A stretch of DNA of 64,000 bases, from positions 457 to 64,456 of the forward strand of contig JBFIHZ010000001.1 in NCBI GenBank assembly GCA_041601535.1. The letters are read 5' to 3'. A program made the position numbers and the translations under genes. The DNA is from Lysobacterales bacterium. GTDB lineage: Bacteria > Pseudomonadota > Gammaproteobacteria > Xanthomonadales > SZUA-36. Under the pieces are notes generated by a model. The model searched no databases. It had not been told where the DNA came from and worked only from the letters and a program-made list of their open reading frames with translations. Below are positions 55,706-64,000 of the stretch, one piece after another. How positions within the stretch are numbered: position 1 is the first letter of the stretch; every line of letters starts with the position of its first letter.

Positions 55706-57946
55706 ATGATCAGTAAGCGTCTGGCTCTTTTCCTATTAACTATGGTTTTCGCGCTACAGGTTCAGGCAGCGCCTACCTATCCCGCACTCAATAAAGACGG
55801 CAGTATTGTCACCGGCGTGTTGACGGCGGCGTATGACCCGTTGAACGGTGTTTTTCCGTTTCCGTTCAACCTGCTGTTTCTGGGTACCACCGATTTGACC
55901 CTGAACCCACCGGTCGCTGATCCCAACGACCCGAGCGACCCTACCGTGGCGCTGAGCGCGCTGGATGGCTTCAGTACCGTGGAGAAGTGGACCACCACGT
56001 TTATCGACAACAACGGCCAGCCGGGCGATATTGATCCGGCTTCCGTGGTTCCCGGCCAGTCGGTGCGGGTGTTTCAGGTGACCACCTCCGGGCTGGTTGC
56101 AGTCACCGGTCTGGTACGTGAACTGACTCCAGGCGTGGACTACACGGCAGTTGCCGCCGACGGGGGTTTTGTGGCCATTATCCCGCTGCGGCCGCTGCCC
56201 GAGTACAGATCATTTATGGCGGTTCTGACCAATGACATCAAGGACATCGCCGGTAATGACGCGACCCCTTCGCAGACCTATTTCCTGACCAAGCGGCGTA
56301 CCCCATGGGTTGATGCCACGGGCAAAAGCACCTACGCCCTGATACCGGATGCGACCGCGCAAGGCCTGGAACCACAACGCCAGATTACCCAGTCCATGGA
56401 GTTTGCAGCCGCGGCGGCCGGTATCAATCCAGATGACATCGTATTGAGTTGGACGGTGCAAACCCAGTCCATCAGCCCGACACTCAGACTGCTCAGAAGC
56501 ATTGCCGAACCCGGTTTCAGCCAGTTTGCCCCCACTGGCCTGGATACCTCGGCAGTGGGCGCGCCCGGTCTGGCCGACATCCATATTGGCGTAATTTCCT
56601 TGCCTTATTACCTCGGCATCCCCACACCGCAAAAGCCGACCGCGCTGCTGACTGACTGGTGGAAGGCGGAGCCGGGTGGCTACGTGCCACCTTTCGAGCA
56701 GTTCGGGCTGGACCCCACCTCGACCAACATAACCGTTGCCAACCCGTTTCCGGTGGTGACCGGTGTGCAAACGGTTCCCCTGGTGGTGGCTACCCCCAGC
56801 GCGAAAACCGGCCTGACCAAGCCGGACAGCGGCTGGCCGGTGGTGATTTACCAGCATGGCATCACGCGCAACCGTACCGACGTGATTGCCGTGGCGGACT
56901 CCATCGCCAGCGTGGGCTATGCTGTTATTGCCATGGATCAACCGCTGCATGGCGCGGTGCCGGATGTTGAGCCGTTCACATCATTGTTCTACGTGGAAAA
57001 TACGCCGTTTGGTGCCATCGCCAACGAACGCACGTTTGATGTTGACCTGGTAAACAATGTCACCCGTGCGCCAGGGCCGGATGGCCTGAAGGATGCTTCC
57101 GGTACGCACAGTTTCAATCTGGCCAACCTGCAGGTGGCGCGCGATAACCTGCGTCAGGCCACGGCTGACCTGTCATCGCTGACGGTCACCATTCCCACCA
57201 TGGATCTGGATGGCGATGGCACACCTGATTTCGATGCGAACAATATTACTTTTTACGGTCACTCTCTGGCCGGCGTAATAGGCACCGGATACCTGGCAAT
57301 TGAGCCGATGGTGAAGCGGGGCTATCTTAACGCCAGTACCGGCAGCCTGATTCGGACCGGCGTGGCGGGTTCGTTCGGGGTGCTGGTCAATTCCCTGCTG
57401 GCGCAGGCCGGCATCCTGCCGGGAACAGCCGACTATGAATCATTCCTGACGGTGGCGCAGACCCTGGTCGACTCGGGCGATGCGATCAATTACGCGGTTG
57501 AAGCCGCGGCCAAGAAGCCCATCCTGTTCAATGAGGTGATAGGCGATGCAACCGTGCCGAATTTTGTCGCTGGCGCGCCGCTGGCCGGCTCTGAAGCGCA
57601 AATTGCCCTGATGGGGCTGAAATCGTTCAGCACCAGCCAGGCCAACCCGGAGGGTTTGCGGGCGGTGTCGCGATTCCTGCCGCCGGCGGTACACAGTTCC
57701 TTGATTAGTACGTCAGCCTCACCGGCCAGCACATTTGAAATGCAGGGCCAGGCTGCTTCGTTTGCTGCGTCCCTGGGCACCTTTGTCCAGGTTGGTAACC
57801 CCGCTGTCTTGCAGACAGTGATGCAGATTGAGCTGGCGCCTGGCAAAACCGTTTCAGCCGAAGTGGGCGGCAAGAGCGGCGATGGTAAAAAACGCACCCG
57901 GCCTGCCTCACGGGTAGAACGGTTGGGGGAGCAGAATCATGACTAA
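55706..57946 (+). CDS. Large secreted lipase/esterase (alpha/beta hydrolase with bacterial-lipase N-terminal region)
   Basis: Signal peptide MISKRLALFLLTMVFALQVQA. Nucleophile elbow FYGHSLAGVIG. VIYQHGITRNR upstream (oxyanion region). Confidence 0.68.
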   Translation: MISKRLALFLLTMVFALQVQAAPTYPALNKDGSIVTGVLTAAYDPLNGVFPFPFNLLFLGTTDLTLNPPVADPNDPSDPTVALSALDGFSTVEKWTTTFIDNNGQPGDIDPASVVPGQSVRVFQVTTSGLVAVTGLVRELTPGVDYTAVAADGGFVAIIPLRPLPEYRSFMAVLTNDIKDIAGNDATPSQTYFLTKRRTPWVDATGKSTYALIPDATAQGLEPQRQITQSMEFAAAAAGINPDDIVLSWTVQTQSISPTLRLLRSIAEPGFSQFAPTGLDTSAVGAPGLADIHIGVISLPYYLGIPTPQKPTALLTDWWKAEPGGYVPPFEQFGLDPTSTNITVANPFPVVTGVQTVPLVVATPSAKTGLTKPDSGWPVVIYQHGITRNRTDVIAVADSIASVGYAVIAMDQPLHGAVPDVEPFTSLFYVENTPFGAIANERTFDVDLVNNVTRAPGPDGLKDASGTHSFNLANLQVARDNLRQATADLSSLTVTIPTMDLDGDGTPDFDANNITFYGHSLAGVIGTGYLAIEPMVKRGYLNASTGSLIRTGVAGSFGVLVNSLLAQAGILPGTADYESFLTVAQTLVDSGDAINYAVEAAAKKPILFNEVIGDATVPNFVAGAPLAGSEAQIALMGLKSFSTSQANPEGLRAVSRFLPPAVHSSLISTSASPASTFEMQGQAASFAASLGTFVQVGNPAVLQTVMQIELAPGKTVSAEVGGKSGDGKKRTRPASRVERLGEQNHD

Positions 57947-59852
57947 CCTAGAGAATTTCATGAGCACAGACAACACACGTGTGACCGGGGCATGCCGCCC
58001 CCGTTCCGGATCAATGCTGGCTTGCGCAATGGCAGCGGGCCTGTTCGGGCTGTGTGCCGGCCCGGCCATGGCCATTGAGTTTTCCAGCGGCGAATGGTCA
58101 GGCAGTTTTGATACCACCATAAGTTATGGTGCATCGTGGCGGGTCAGCGATCCTGACGATGACAATGTGGGTAAAGCCGTATTCAATCCAACCGCTTTTT
58201 TGCTGGACAATGCCGGGCAGCGAGCGGCCCTGGGCCGCTGGTCGGTGAATAATGACGATGGCAATCTGAACTACGACGGCGGCGACCTGGTATCCAACGC
58301 CATCAAACTTACATCAGAGCTGGATATCGGTTACCGCAATTACGGTGCCTTTGTCCGCTTCAGTGCGTTTTACGATTTTGAAAATGAAGACCGCGATGAG
58401 TTGTCCGAAGTGGCCAAGGAAAAAGTCGGCAAGGACTTGCGCCTGCTGGATGCGTATGTCTGGGGTGACCACCGTTTCGGCGAGAAAGGCCTGACCTGGC
58501 GCCTGGGTAAACAGGTGGTCAGCTGGGGTGAATCAACCTTTATCCAGGGCGGCATTAACGTGATCAACCCGGTGGATGTTTCCAAGCTCCGGGTTGCCGG
58601 CGCTGAACTGAAAGAGGCGTTCGAAGGCATCAATATGTTATGGGCCAGCATCGAGCTGACCCAGTCTGTGTCGATTGAACCCTTGATGATTTTTGAATAT
58701 CAGCAGATCGATCCGGACCCCGCGGGCACCTATTTTTCTACCAATGATATCGCCACCCCGGGCGGTTCCTACGCCATGCTGAGTTTCGGTACCTTGCCGC
58801 AGCCAGTAATTAATCCCGACCTTTATCACGACGTGTGCCTGAACGGGAATTTCAGCCGTTCCGACACCGGCCTGCCAGCTTCCCTGGTGGCCGCCGGTTG
58901 CTCAGGTTCCTTCGCCCGAACCGAAACCGTGTTTCCCAAGGAAAGCGGTCAGTACGGTGCAGCCTTACGCTGGTATGCGGAACAACTGAACGGCACGGAG
59001 TTTGGTTTTTTCTACCTGAATTACCACAGCAGACTGCCACTGATCAGCGGGCGCGCCATCACCACGTCCGCTCCCAGCAGCGGCAAGTACTGGACCGAGT
59101 ATCCTGAGGACATCCACCTGTATGGCATCAGCTTCAACAGTTCGATTGGTACCTGGTCAGTGGGCGGTGAAGTCAGCTATCGTCCCAATGCTCCGTTGCA
59201 GTTTGACGATGTGGAAGTATTGTTTGCCGGCCTGACGCCGCTGAATCCGCTGATTCCAGCGCCGGTGCTGCGCTTCAAAAGCCAGTTGGGTGAGTTCGCG
59301 CCTGGGGAATATATCCGGGGTTGGGATGAGCACAAGATGTGGCAGGCTCAAACCACCATCACCCAGTTATTCGGCCCCGGAAACTTTATCAAGGCGGACC
59401 AGATTGCCTTTGTTACCGAGATTGGCGCGAACTATATCTCCGATATGCCATCAAAAGATTGGCTGCGATATAACGGCGATGGAACGGACACCGGTGGTGG
59501 CCCGGATTTCCTGAGCGGTGATTTCCGCAATCCCGAAACCGAAACCAACGGCTTTGCCGATGATTTCAGTTGGGGTTATCGCATGCTGGTACGTGCTGAG
59601 TACAACAATGCATTCGGTACGTCCCTGACCATGTCACCGAGTATTGGCTGGCAGCATGACGTCAGTGGAACAACTCCGGGTCCGGGTGGTTCGTTTATCG
59701 ACGGCCGCAAAACCCTGAGCCTGGGCGTGACCTTCAACTATCTGCAAAAGTGGGTATTTGATTTCTCATACACTTCGTATTTCGGAGGGGGTCGTTACAA
59801 CCCGCTCAAGGACCGGGACTTCATTGGTGCCAGTGTCCGCTACTCATTCTGA
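57939..59852 (+). CDS. DUF1302 family outer-membrane protein
   Basis: IEFSSGEWSGSFDTTISYGASWRVSD N-terminal signature and C-terminal ...GASVRYSF. Start uncertain (57939, 57960 or 58014). Confidence 0.8.
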   Translation: MTNLENFMSTDNTRVTGACRPRSGSMLACAMAAGLFGLCAGPAMAIEFSSGEWSGSFDTTISYGASWRVSDPDDDNVGKAVFNPTAFLLDNAGQRAALGRWSVNNDDGNLNYDGGDLVSNAIKLTSELDIGYRNYGAFVRFSAFYDFENEDRDELSEVAKEKVGKDLRLLDAYVWGDHRFGEKGLTWRLGKQVVSWGESTFIQGGINVINPVDVSKLRVAGAELKEAFEGINMLWASIELTQSVSIEPLMIFEYQQIDPDPAGTYFSTNDIATPGGSYAMLSFGTLPQPVINPDLYHDVCLNGNFSRSDTGLPASLVAAGCSGSFARTETVFPKESGQYGAALRWYAEQLNGTEFGFFYLNYHSRLPLISGRAITTSAPSSGKYWTEYPEDIHLYGISFNSSIGTWSVGGEVSYRPNAPLQFDDVEVLFAGLTPLNPLIPAPVLRFKSQLGEFAPGEYIRGWDEHKMWQAQTTITQLFGPGNFIKADQIAFVTEIGANYISDMPSKDWLRYNGDGTDTGGGPDFLSGDFRNPETETNGFADDFSWGYRMLVRAEYNNAFGTSLTMSPSIGWQHDVSGTTPGPGGSFIDGRKTLSLGVTFNYLQKWVFDFSYTSYFGGGRYNPLKDRDFIGASVRYSF

Positions 59853-59867
59853 TCGCCGGAGGATTAC

Positions 59868-61232
59868 ATGCGCACAATGAACAAACTGACACTGGCCGCA
59901 CTTGCAGGCCTGGTGCTGGCAGCCAGCCAGGCGATGGCCGGGGCAAAGCCAGATGAAATTCACCGGCTCAGTGAAGACCTGACCCCAATGGGGTCCGAAC
60001 GGGCAGGCAATGCCGATGGCACCATTCCGGCCTGGACAGGGGGCATTACCCAGCCGCCCGCGAATTACACACCGGGTATCCACCACCCGGATCCATTTGC
60101 GGATGACAAACCGCTGTTCCGCATTACCGGCAGTAACTATCAGGAGTACGGTGACAAGCTGGGCGTGGGGCAGAAAGCGTTGTTTGAAAAGTATCCGGAA
60201 AGTTACTTCATGGATGTCTATCCCACCCGGCGGTCTACTTCGTTCCCGCAACGGACCTATGACATGACGGCCGAGAATGGCAAAACCGCCACGCTGGCTG
60301 AGAACGGGGAAGGTGTAATCAATGCGGCTGAAGGATTTCCGTTCCCGTTTCCGGAAGGCCCCTATGAACTGATGTGGAACCACAAACTCAAATACAAGGG
60401 CATCGGCGGGGTGCGCTACAACAACCAGGTAGCACCCACGGCTGATGGCAAGTACTCGGTCACGGTAATTCGCGAAGAGCTGCTCGGGCTGTATTACAAA
60501 GAAGGCGAAACCATTGAGTCCATCAACAACATCCTGTTGTATTTCTTCCAGGAAGTGGAGTCACCCGCCCGGCTGGCCGGCAATATCCTGCTGGTACATG
60601 AAACCCTGAATCAGCAGGTGCTGCCCCGCCAGGCCTGGATCTACAATCCCGGTCAGCGCCGGGTGCGCCGCGCACCCAACGTGGCCTACGACAATCCGGG
60701 CACGGCATCTGACGGGCTGCGCACCAACGACATGACCGACATGTTCAACGGGGCGATGGATCGTTTTGACTGGAAAGTGCTGGGTAAAAAGGAAATGTAT
60801 GTTCCTTACAACTCTTATGGCGCCCATGCCGAAGGCCTTGATTACGATGAGTTCATCCGGCCCGGACACCTCAACCAGGACCTGATGCGCTACGAATTGC
60901 ACCGCGTCTGGGTGATTGAGGCCAACCTGAAAGATGGCATGCGGCACATCAACCCCAAGCGCACGTTTTATCTGGATGAAGACAGCTACCAGATCCTGCT
61001 GGTCGATCACTATGATGCACGCGGTGAACTGTGGCGGGCTTCGGAAGCGCATTGTGTTAACTACTACGAAGTACCTACTTTCTGGTCGACCGTTGAAGTG
61101 CACTATGACTTGCAGTCAGGCCGTTACGTAACCCAGGGCCTCGACAATACATTGCCCGTCAATACCTTCAACGTGGAATTGAATCCCGGGCAATTCACAC
61201 CACAAGCCCTGCGTACACGCGGTCGGCGATAA
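59868..61232 (+). CDS. DUF1329 family protein (LolA-like outer-membrane lipoprotein-sorting fold)
   Basis: Signal peptide MRTMNKLTLAALAGLVLAASQAMA. LTPMGSERAGNADGTIPAWTGG signature. Confidence 0.83.
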   Translation: MRTMNKLTLAALAGLVLAASQAMAGAKPDEIHRLSEDLTPMGSERAGNADGTIPAWTGGITQPPANYTPGIHHPDPFADDKPLFRITGSNYQEYGDKLGVGQKALFEKYPESYFMDVYPTRRSTSFPQRTYDMTAENGKTATLAENGEGVINAAEGFPFPFPEGPYELMWNHKLKYKGIGGVRYNNQVAPTADGKYSVTVIREELLGLYYKEGETIESINNILLYFFQEVESPARLAGNILLVHETLNQQVLPRQAWIYNPGQRRVRRAPNVAYDNPGTASDGLRTNDMTDMFNGAMDRFDWKVLGKKEMYVPYNSYGAHAEGLDYDEFIRPGHLNQDLMRYELHRVWVIEANLKDGMRHINPKRTFYLDEDSYQILLVDHYDARGELWRASEAHCVNYYEVPTFWSTVEVHYDLQSGRYVTQGLDNTLPVNTFNVELNPGQFTPQALRTRGRR

Positions 61233-61328
61233 AGCATATAGAAGGCCAGCCAGTTGCTGGCCTTCTGCCTTGTCACGAAGGGAATCGTGTCATACTCACC
61301 GCATGACCGTGGATCAGTCCAGACCAGG

Positions 61329-62330
61329 ATGAACGCCATGCCAAAATTCAGAATCTGCATTGCCTTGATGGCCAGTCTTGCTTTGATGTATGGCATTCCG
61401 GCTGGGGCAGTCGGTCCTCAAGAGGGTGAGCAGCCGATAGAATATGCGGCACGGGTTCCACTGGCAGCGCAGTCTCTGCTGCTGGACATTGTCCGGCTGG
61501 ACGGTCGTCTGGTAGGTGCTGGTGAACGTGGTCACATCGTACTATCGGATGATGACGGGGAAACCTGGCGGCAGGCACAGAGTGTTCCCACCCGCGCCAC
61601 ATTTACCTCTTTGGCTGCCGTAAATGGTCGCTTGTGGGCTGCCGGCCATGACTCGGTTATCGTTTCCAGTGCAGATGGCGGTGAAACCTGGGAACTTCAG
61701 CATTCCGATCCGGAACGTCTTCAGCCAATCATGGATGTGCATTTCTCCAGCCCGGATGATGGCATCGCCATCGGCGCATACGGCCTGGTTCTGGTCACCA
61801 GTGACGGTGGGCAGAATTGGGAGGATGGCCTGGTCGACGAGGAGAATGATTACCATCTGAACGCGCTGCTGGTTTTGCCCGATAACAGCTGGCTGATTGC
61901 CGGTGAGGCGGGGTATTCCTATCGCAGTGAGGATCAGGGAAATACCTGGCAGCCGTTGGACCTGCCGTATCGGGGTTCAATGTTCGGTGCCGTGCTGACA
62001 GACGAGGGCTGTGTTCTGTATTACGGCTTGCGTGGACATGTGCAGTCAAGTTGTGACGGCGGGGAGACCTGGCAAAGTCTGCAGACCGGTATCAACGCAA
62101 CTCTGGCGGGAGCTGCCACCCAGGATGGCCTGACGCTGCTGGCCGGAAACAGCGGTACCCTGCTGCTTTATCAGCAGGGCGTATTCACCTCCCGGCAGCA
62201 TACCAGCGGGGTCGATTTTTCTTCGGTGGTGGGCCTCGGCTCCGGCCGGTTTTTGCTGGGTGGCGAAGAGGGTACACATTTTTACCCTGAAGAGGCCGGT
62301 CAGACGGCTATCGCGGGAGACGGACAGTGA
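61329..62330 (+). CDS. BNR/Asp-box repeat beta-propeller protein (Ycf48-like)
   Basis: Signal peptide. Five SxDxGxTW-type boxes (SDDDGETW, SADGGETW, TSDGGQNW, SEDQGNTW, SCDGGETW). Confidence 0.72.
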   Translation: MNAMPKFRICIALMASLALMYGIPAGAVGPQEGEQPIEYAARVPLAAQSLLLDIVRLDGRLVGAGERGHIVLSDDDGETWRQAQSVPTRATFTSLAAVNGRLWAAGHDSVIVSSADGGETWELQHSDPERLQPIMDVHFSSPDDGIAIGAYGLVLVTSDGGQNWEDGLVDEENDYHLNALLVLPDNSWLIAGEAGYSYRSEDQGNTWQPLDLPYRGSMFGAVLTDEGCVLYYGLRGHVQSSCDGGETWQSLQTGINATLAGAATQDGLTLLAGNSGTLLLYQQGVFTSRQHTSGVDFSSVVGLGSGRFLLGGEEGTHFYPEEAGQTAIAGDGQ

Positions 62331-64000
62331 ATCAGCCAGTCAAGAAGCCGGAAGACGATAAAGTCACCCAGCGTCTGCATACGCTGGCAACCTTTCTGAT
62401 CAATTACCGTTATGCGGTGGTTTCCATTTTCCTGGTCATCACCGTGGCCATGCTTTATTCCGCCTCCAGCCTGAAAATCGAAACCGGGTTCAAGAAGCAA
62501 CTGCCGCTTGAACACGAATACATGCAGACCTTCCTTAAATACGAAAAGGAGTTTGGCGGTGCCAACCGCATTCTGGTTGCCCTGGTAGCAAGCGATGGAG
62601 ATATGTTTACCCCTGGTTTTTTCGAGGATTTCGAAAGTATCACCAACCAGGTGTTTTTCATTCCAGGCGTTGACCGGGCCAGTGTCCGCTCCATATTCAC
62701 TCCCAATGTGCGTTTCGTGGAAGTGGTTGAAGACGGCTTTGCCGGTGGCAATGTCATTCCGTCTGATTTTTCTCCAACCGAGCAGATGTTTCAGCGGGTC
62801 AGGGGCAATATCGTCAAGTCAGGGGAGGTCGGCCGGCTGGTTTCTAACGACTTTTCGGGCGCCATGGTGTGGGCCAACCTGCTGGAAGAAGACCCGATAA
62901 CTGGTGAAAAACTGGATTATCGCCAGGTGGCGGAGCAACTTGAGGCCATCCGGACGGAGTACGAGGGGGATGATTACACCGTTCATATCATCGGTTTCGC
63001 CAAGATCGTCGGCGATATATCGGATGGGGCGAAGTCCGTTGTCTGGTTTTTCCTGATTGCCCTGTTGGTCACCACTGTACTGTTGTACCTTTATTCCCAT
63101 TCAATATGGCTGACTTTTATTCCATTGATCTGTTCGCTGATCGGTGTGACCTGGCAAATGGGCACCCTCAGCCTGTTGGGCTACAGCCTTGACCCGATGA
63201 ACATCCTCACGCCCTTCCTGATTTTTGCCATTGGGGTGAGTCATGGCGTGCAGAAGATCAGCGCCTGGACCGTTGAAAAAGAATTCAATGGCCGTTCGCC
63301 CGATGCCTGGGCGCAGGATGGCGTGACTGACGTGGACACCATCGCCCGGCGCTCGCCCATGCACGGCTCGCGGGAAACCATGAAAAAACTGCTGGCGCCC
63401 GGCATCATTGCGCTGATATCGGACACCATTGGTTTCCTGACCATCATGTTCATCAATATCCAGATCATCCAGGAACTGGCGATCACAGCGAGTATTGGTG
63501 TGGCGGTTATTATCCTCACCAACCTGATATTGCTGCCGGTGCTGTTGTCATGGGTTCATCTGCGCAACCCGCATGCCTACCGTGCGCGGCTGTTGCGTAA
63601 CGCTCACCAGCATTCCACCTTCTGGATGTTCCTTACCAATGTAACCAAACCGCGCCGCGCTGCCATTGTCATTGGTATTGCCGCGGTGCTGTTTGTGGTC
63701 GGGTTCTGGATTGCCATGGACATGAAGATTGGCGATTCAGAAGTCGGCGTTCCCGAGCTGCGCCCGGACTCCAGGTATAACCAGGATGCCATGCTGATTT
63801 CAGAGAAATTCTCGCTTGGCGTAGATCTGCTGACCGTGGTTTCTGAAACCGTCCCCAATGCCTGCACGGAAAATTATGCGGTGATGGAGAATATCGACCG
63901 CTTTGCCTGGCAAATGCGAAACGTCGAAGGCGTGCAGAAAGTCATCACGCTGCCGATGGTGGCCAAGGTGGTCAATGCCGGTTGGAATGAAGGCAACATC
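62327..64000 (+). CDS. RND/MMPL-type transporter, N-terminal part (continues beyond the window)
   Basis: GTGA overlap with the BNR gene. My own translation: VNQPVKKPEDDKVTQRLHTLATFLINYRYAVVSIFLVITVAMLY...FAKIVGDISDGAKSVVWFFLIALLVTTVLLYLYSHSIWLTFIPLICSLIGVTWQMGTLSLLGYSLDPMNILTPFLIFAIGVSHGVQKI. I did not translate the whole span codon by codon; the absence of any in-frame + strand ORF break in the track is consistent with the frame being open to nt 64000. Confidence 0.85.
   Translation, partial: MNQPVKKPEDDKVTQRLHTLATFLINYRYAVVSIFLVITVAMLYSASSLKIETGFKKQLPLEHEYMQTFLKYEKEFGGANRILVALVASDGDMFTPGFFEDFESITNQVFFIPGVDRASVRSIFTPNVRFVEVVEDGFAGGNVIPSDFSPTEQMFQRVRGNIVKSGEVGRLVSNDFSGAMVWANLLEEDPITGEKLDYRQVAEQLEAIRTEYEGDDYTVHIIGFAKIVGDISDGAKSVVWFFLIALLVTTVLLYLYSHSIWLTFIPLICSLIGVTWQMGTLSLLGYSLDPMNILTPFLIFAIGVSHGVQKISAWTVEKEFNGRSPDAWAQDGVTDVDTIARRSPMHGSRETMKKLLAPGIIALISDTIGFLTIMFINIQIIQELAITASIGVAVIILTNLILLPVLLSWVHLRNPHAYRARLLRNAHQHSTFWMFLTNVTKPRRAAIVIGIAAVLFVVGFWIAMDMKIGDSEVGVPELRPDSRYNQDAMLISEKFSLGVDLLTVVSETVPNACTENYAVMENIDRFAWQMRNVEGVQKVITLPMVAKVVNAGWNEGNI

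Noticed and set aside
1-64000. CRISPR arrays, tRNA/rRNA genes, insertion sequences, integrases, prophage or toxin-antitoxin/defence modules
   Set aside because: No spaced direct-repeat array, no cloverleaf-sized conserved intergenic segment, and no transposase, recombinase or nuclease-like ORF was seen on either strand. All intergenic regions are under ~400 nt. tRNAscan/Infernal would confirm this.

Overview
About 58 protein-coding genes from a GC-rich proteobacterial chromosome. Gene order and protein signatures look gamma- or betaproteobacterial, but the taxon is an inference. I found no rRNA, tRNA, CRISPR array, transposase or integrase. The backbone is housekeeping: the fadE 3' end; hemE-aroB-aroK; pdxH; DUF4426-yggT-proC-yggS divergent from pilT-pilU; an OmpR-type two-component pair; Usp plus an alanine/glycine:cation symporter; and a central-carbon supercluster tkt-gap-pgk-[insert]-pyk-fba(class I)-maeB-aceE-aceF-[aspartic protease]-lpd. 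The accessory content is the interesting part. (1) An ECF sigma / anti-sigma / DUF4097 operon sits next to a TonB-dependent receptor that has a repeat-rich 400-nt upstream region. (2) A six-gene island at 6.8-11.7 kb encodes three sulfotransferase-fold proteins (one with degenerate cofactor loops), two different Fe/2OG-oxygenase-type proteins and a SAM methyltransferase, with no scaffold-building enzyme, transporter or regulator. (3) A second oxygenase + TPR-sulfotransferase module lies at 29-31 kb, and a third TPR-sulfotransferase is inserted antisense between pgk and pyk. That makes five sulfotransferase-fold genes in 64 kb. (4) A tandem pair of GTPase-DUF697 fusion proteins. (5) A compact orphan exosortase-family gene among housekeeping genes. 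(6) A lipase-DUF1302-DUF1329-BNR-RND five-gene cluster that runs off the 3' edge. My best candidate for an undescribed system is the distributed hydroxylase/sulfotransferase/methyltransferase toolkit. The GTPase-DUF697 pair and the lipase-DUF1302/1329-RND cluster come next. All family assignments come from motif recognition by eye, and no database search was run.
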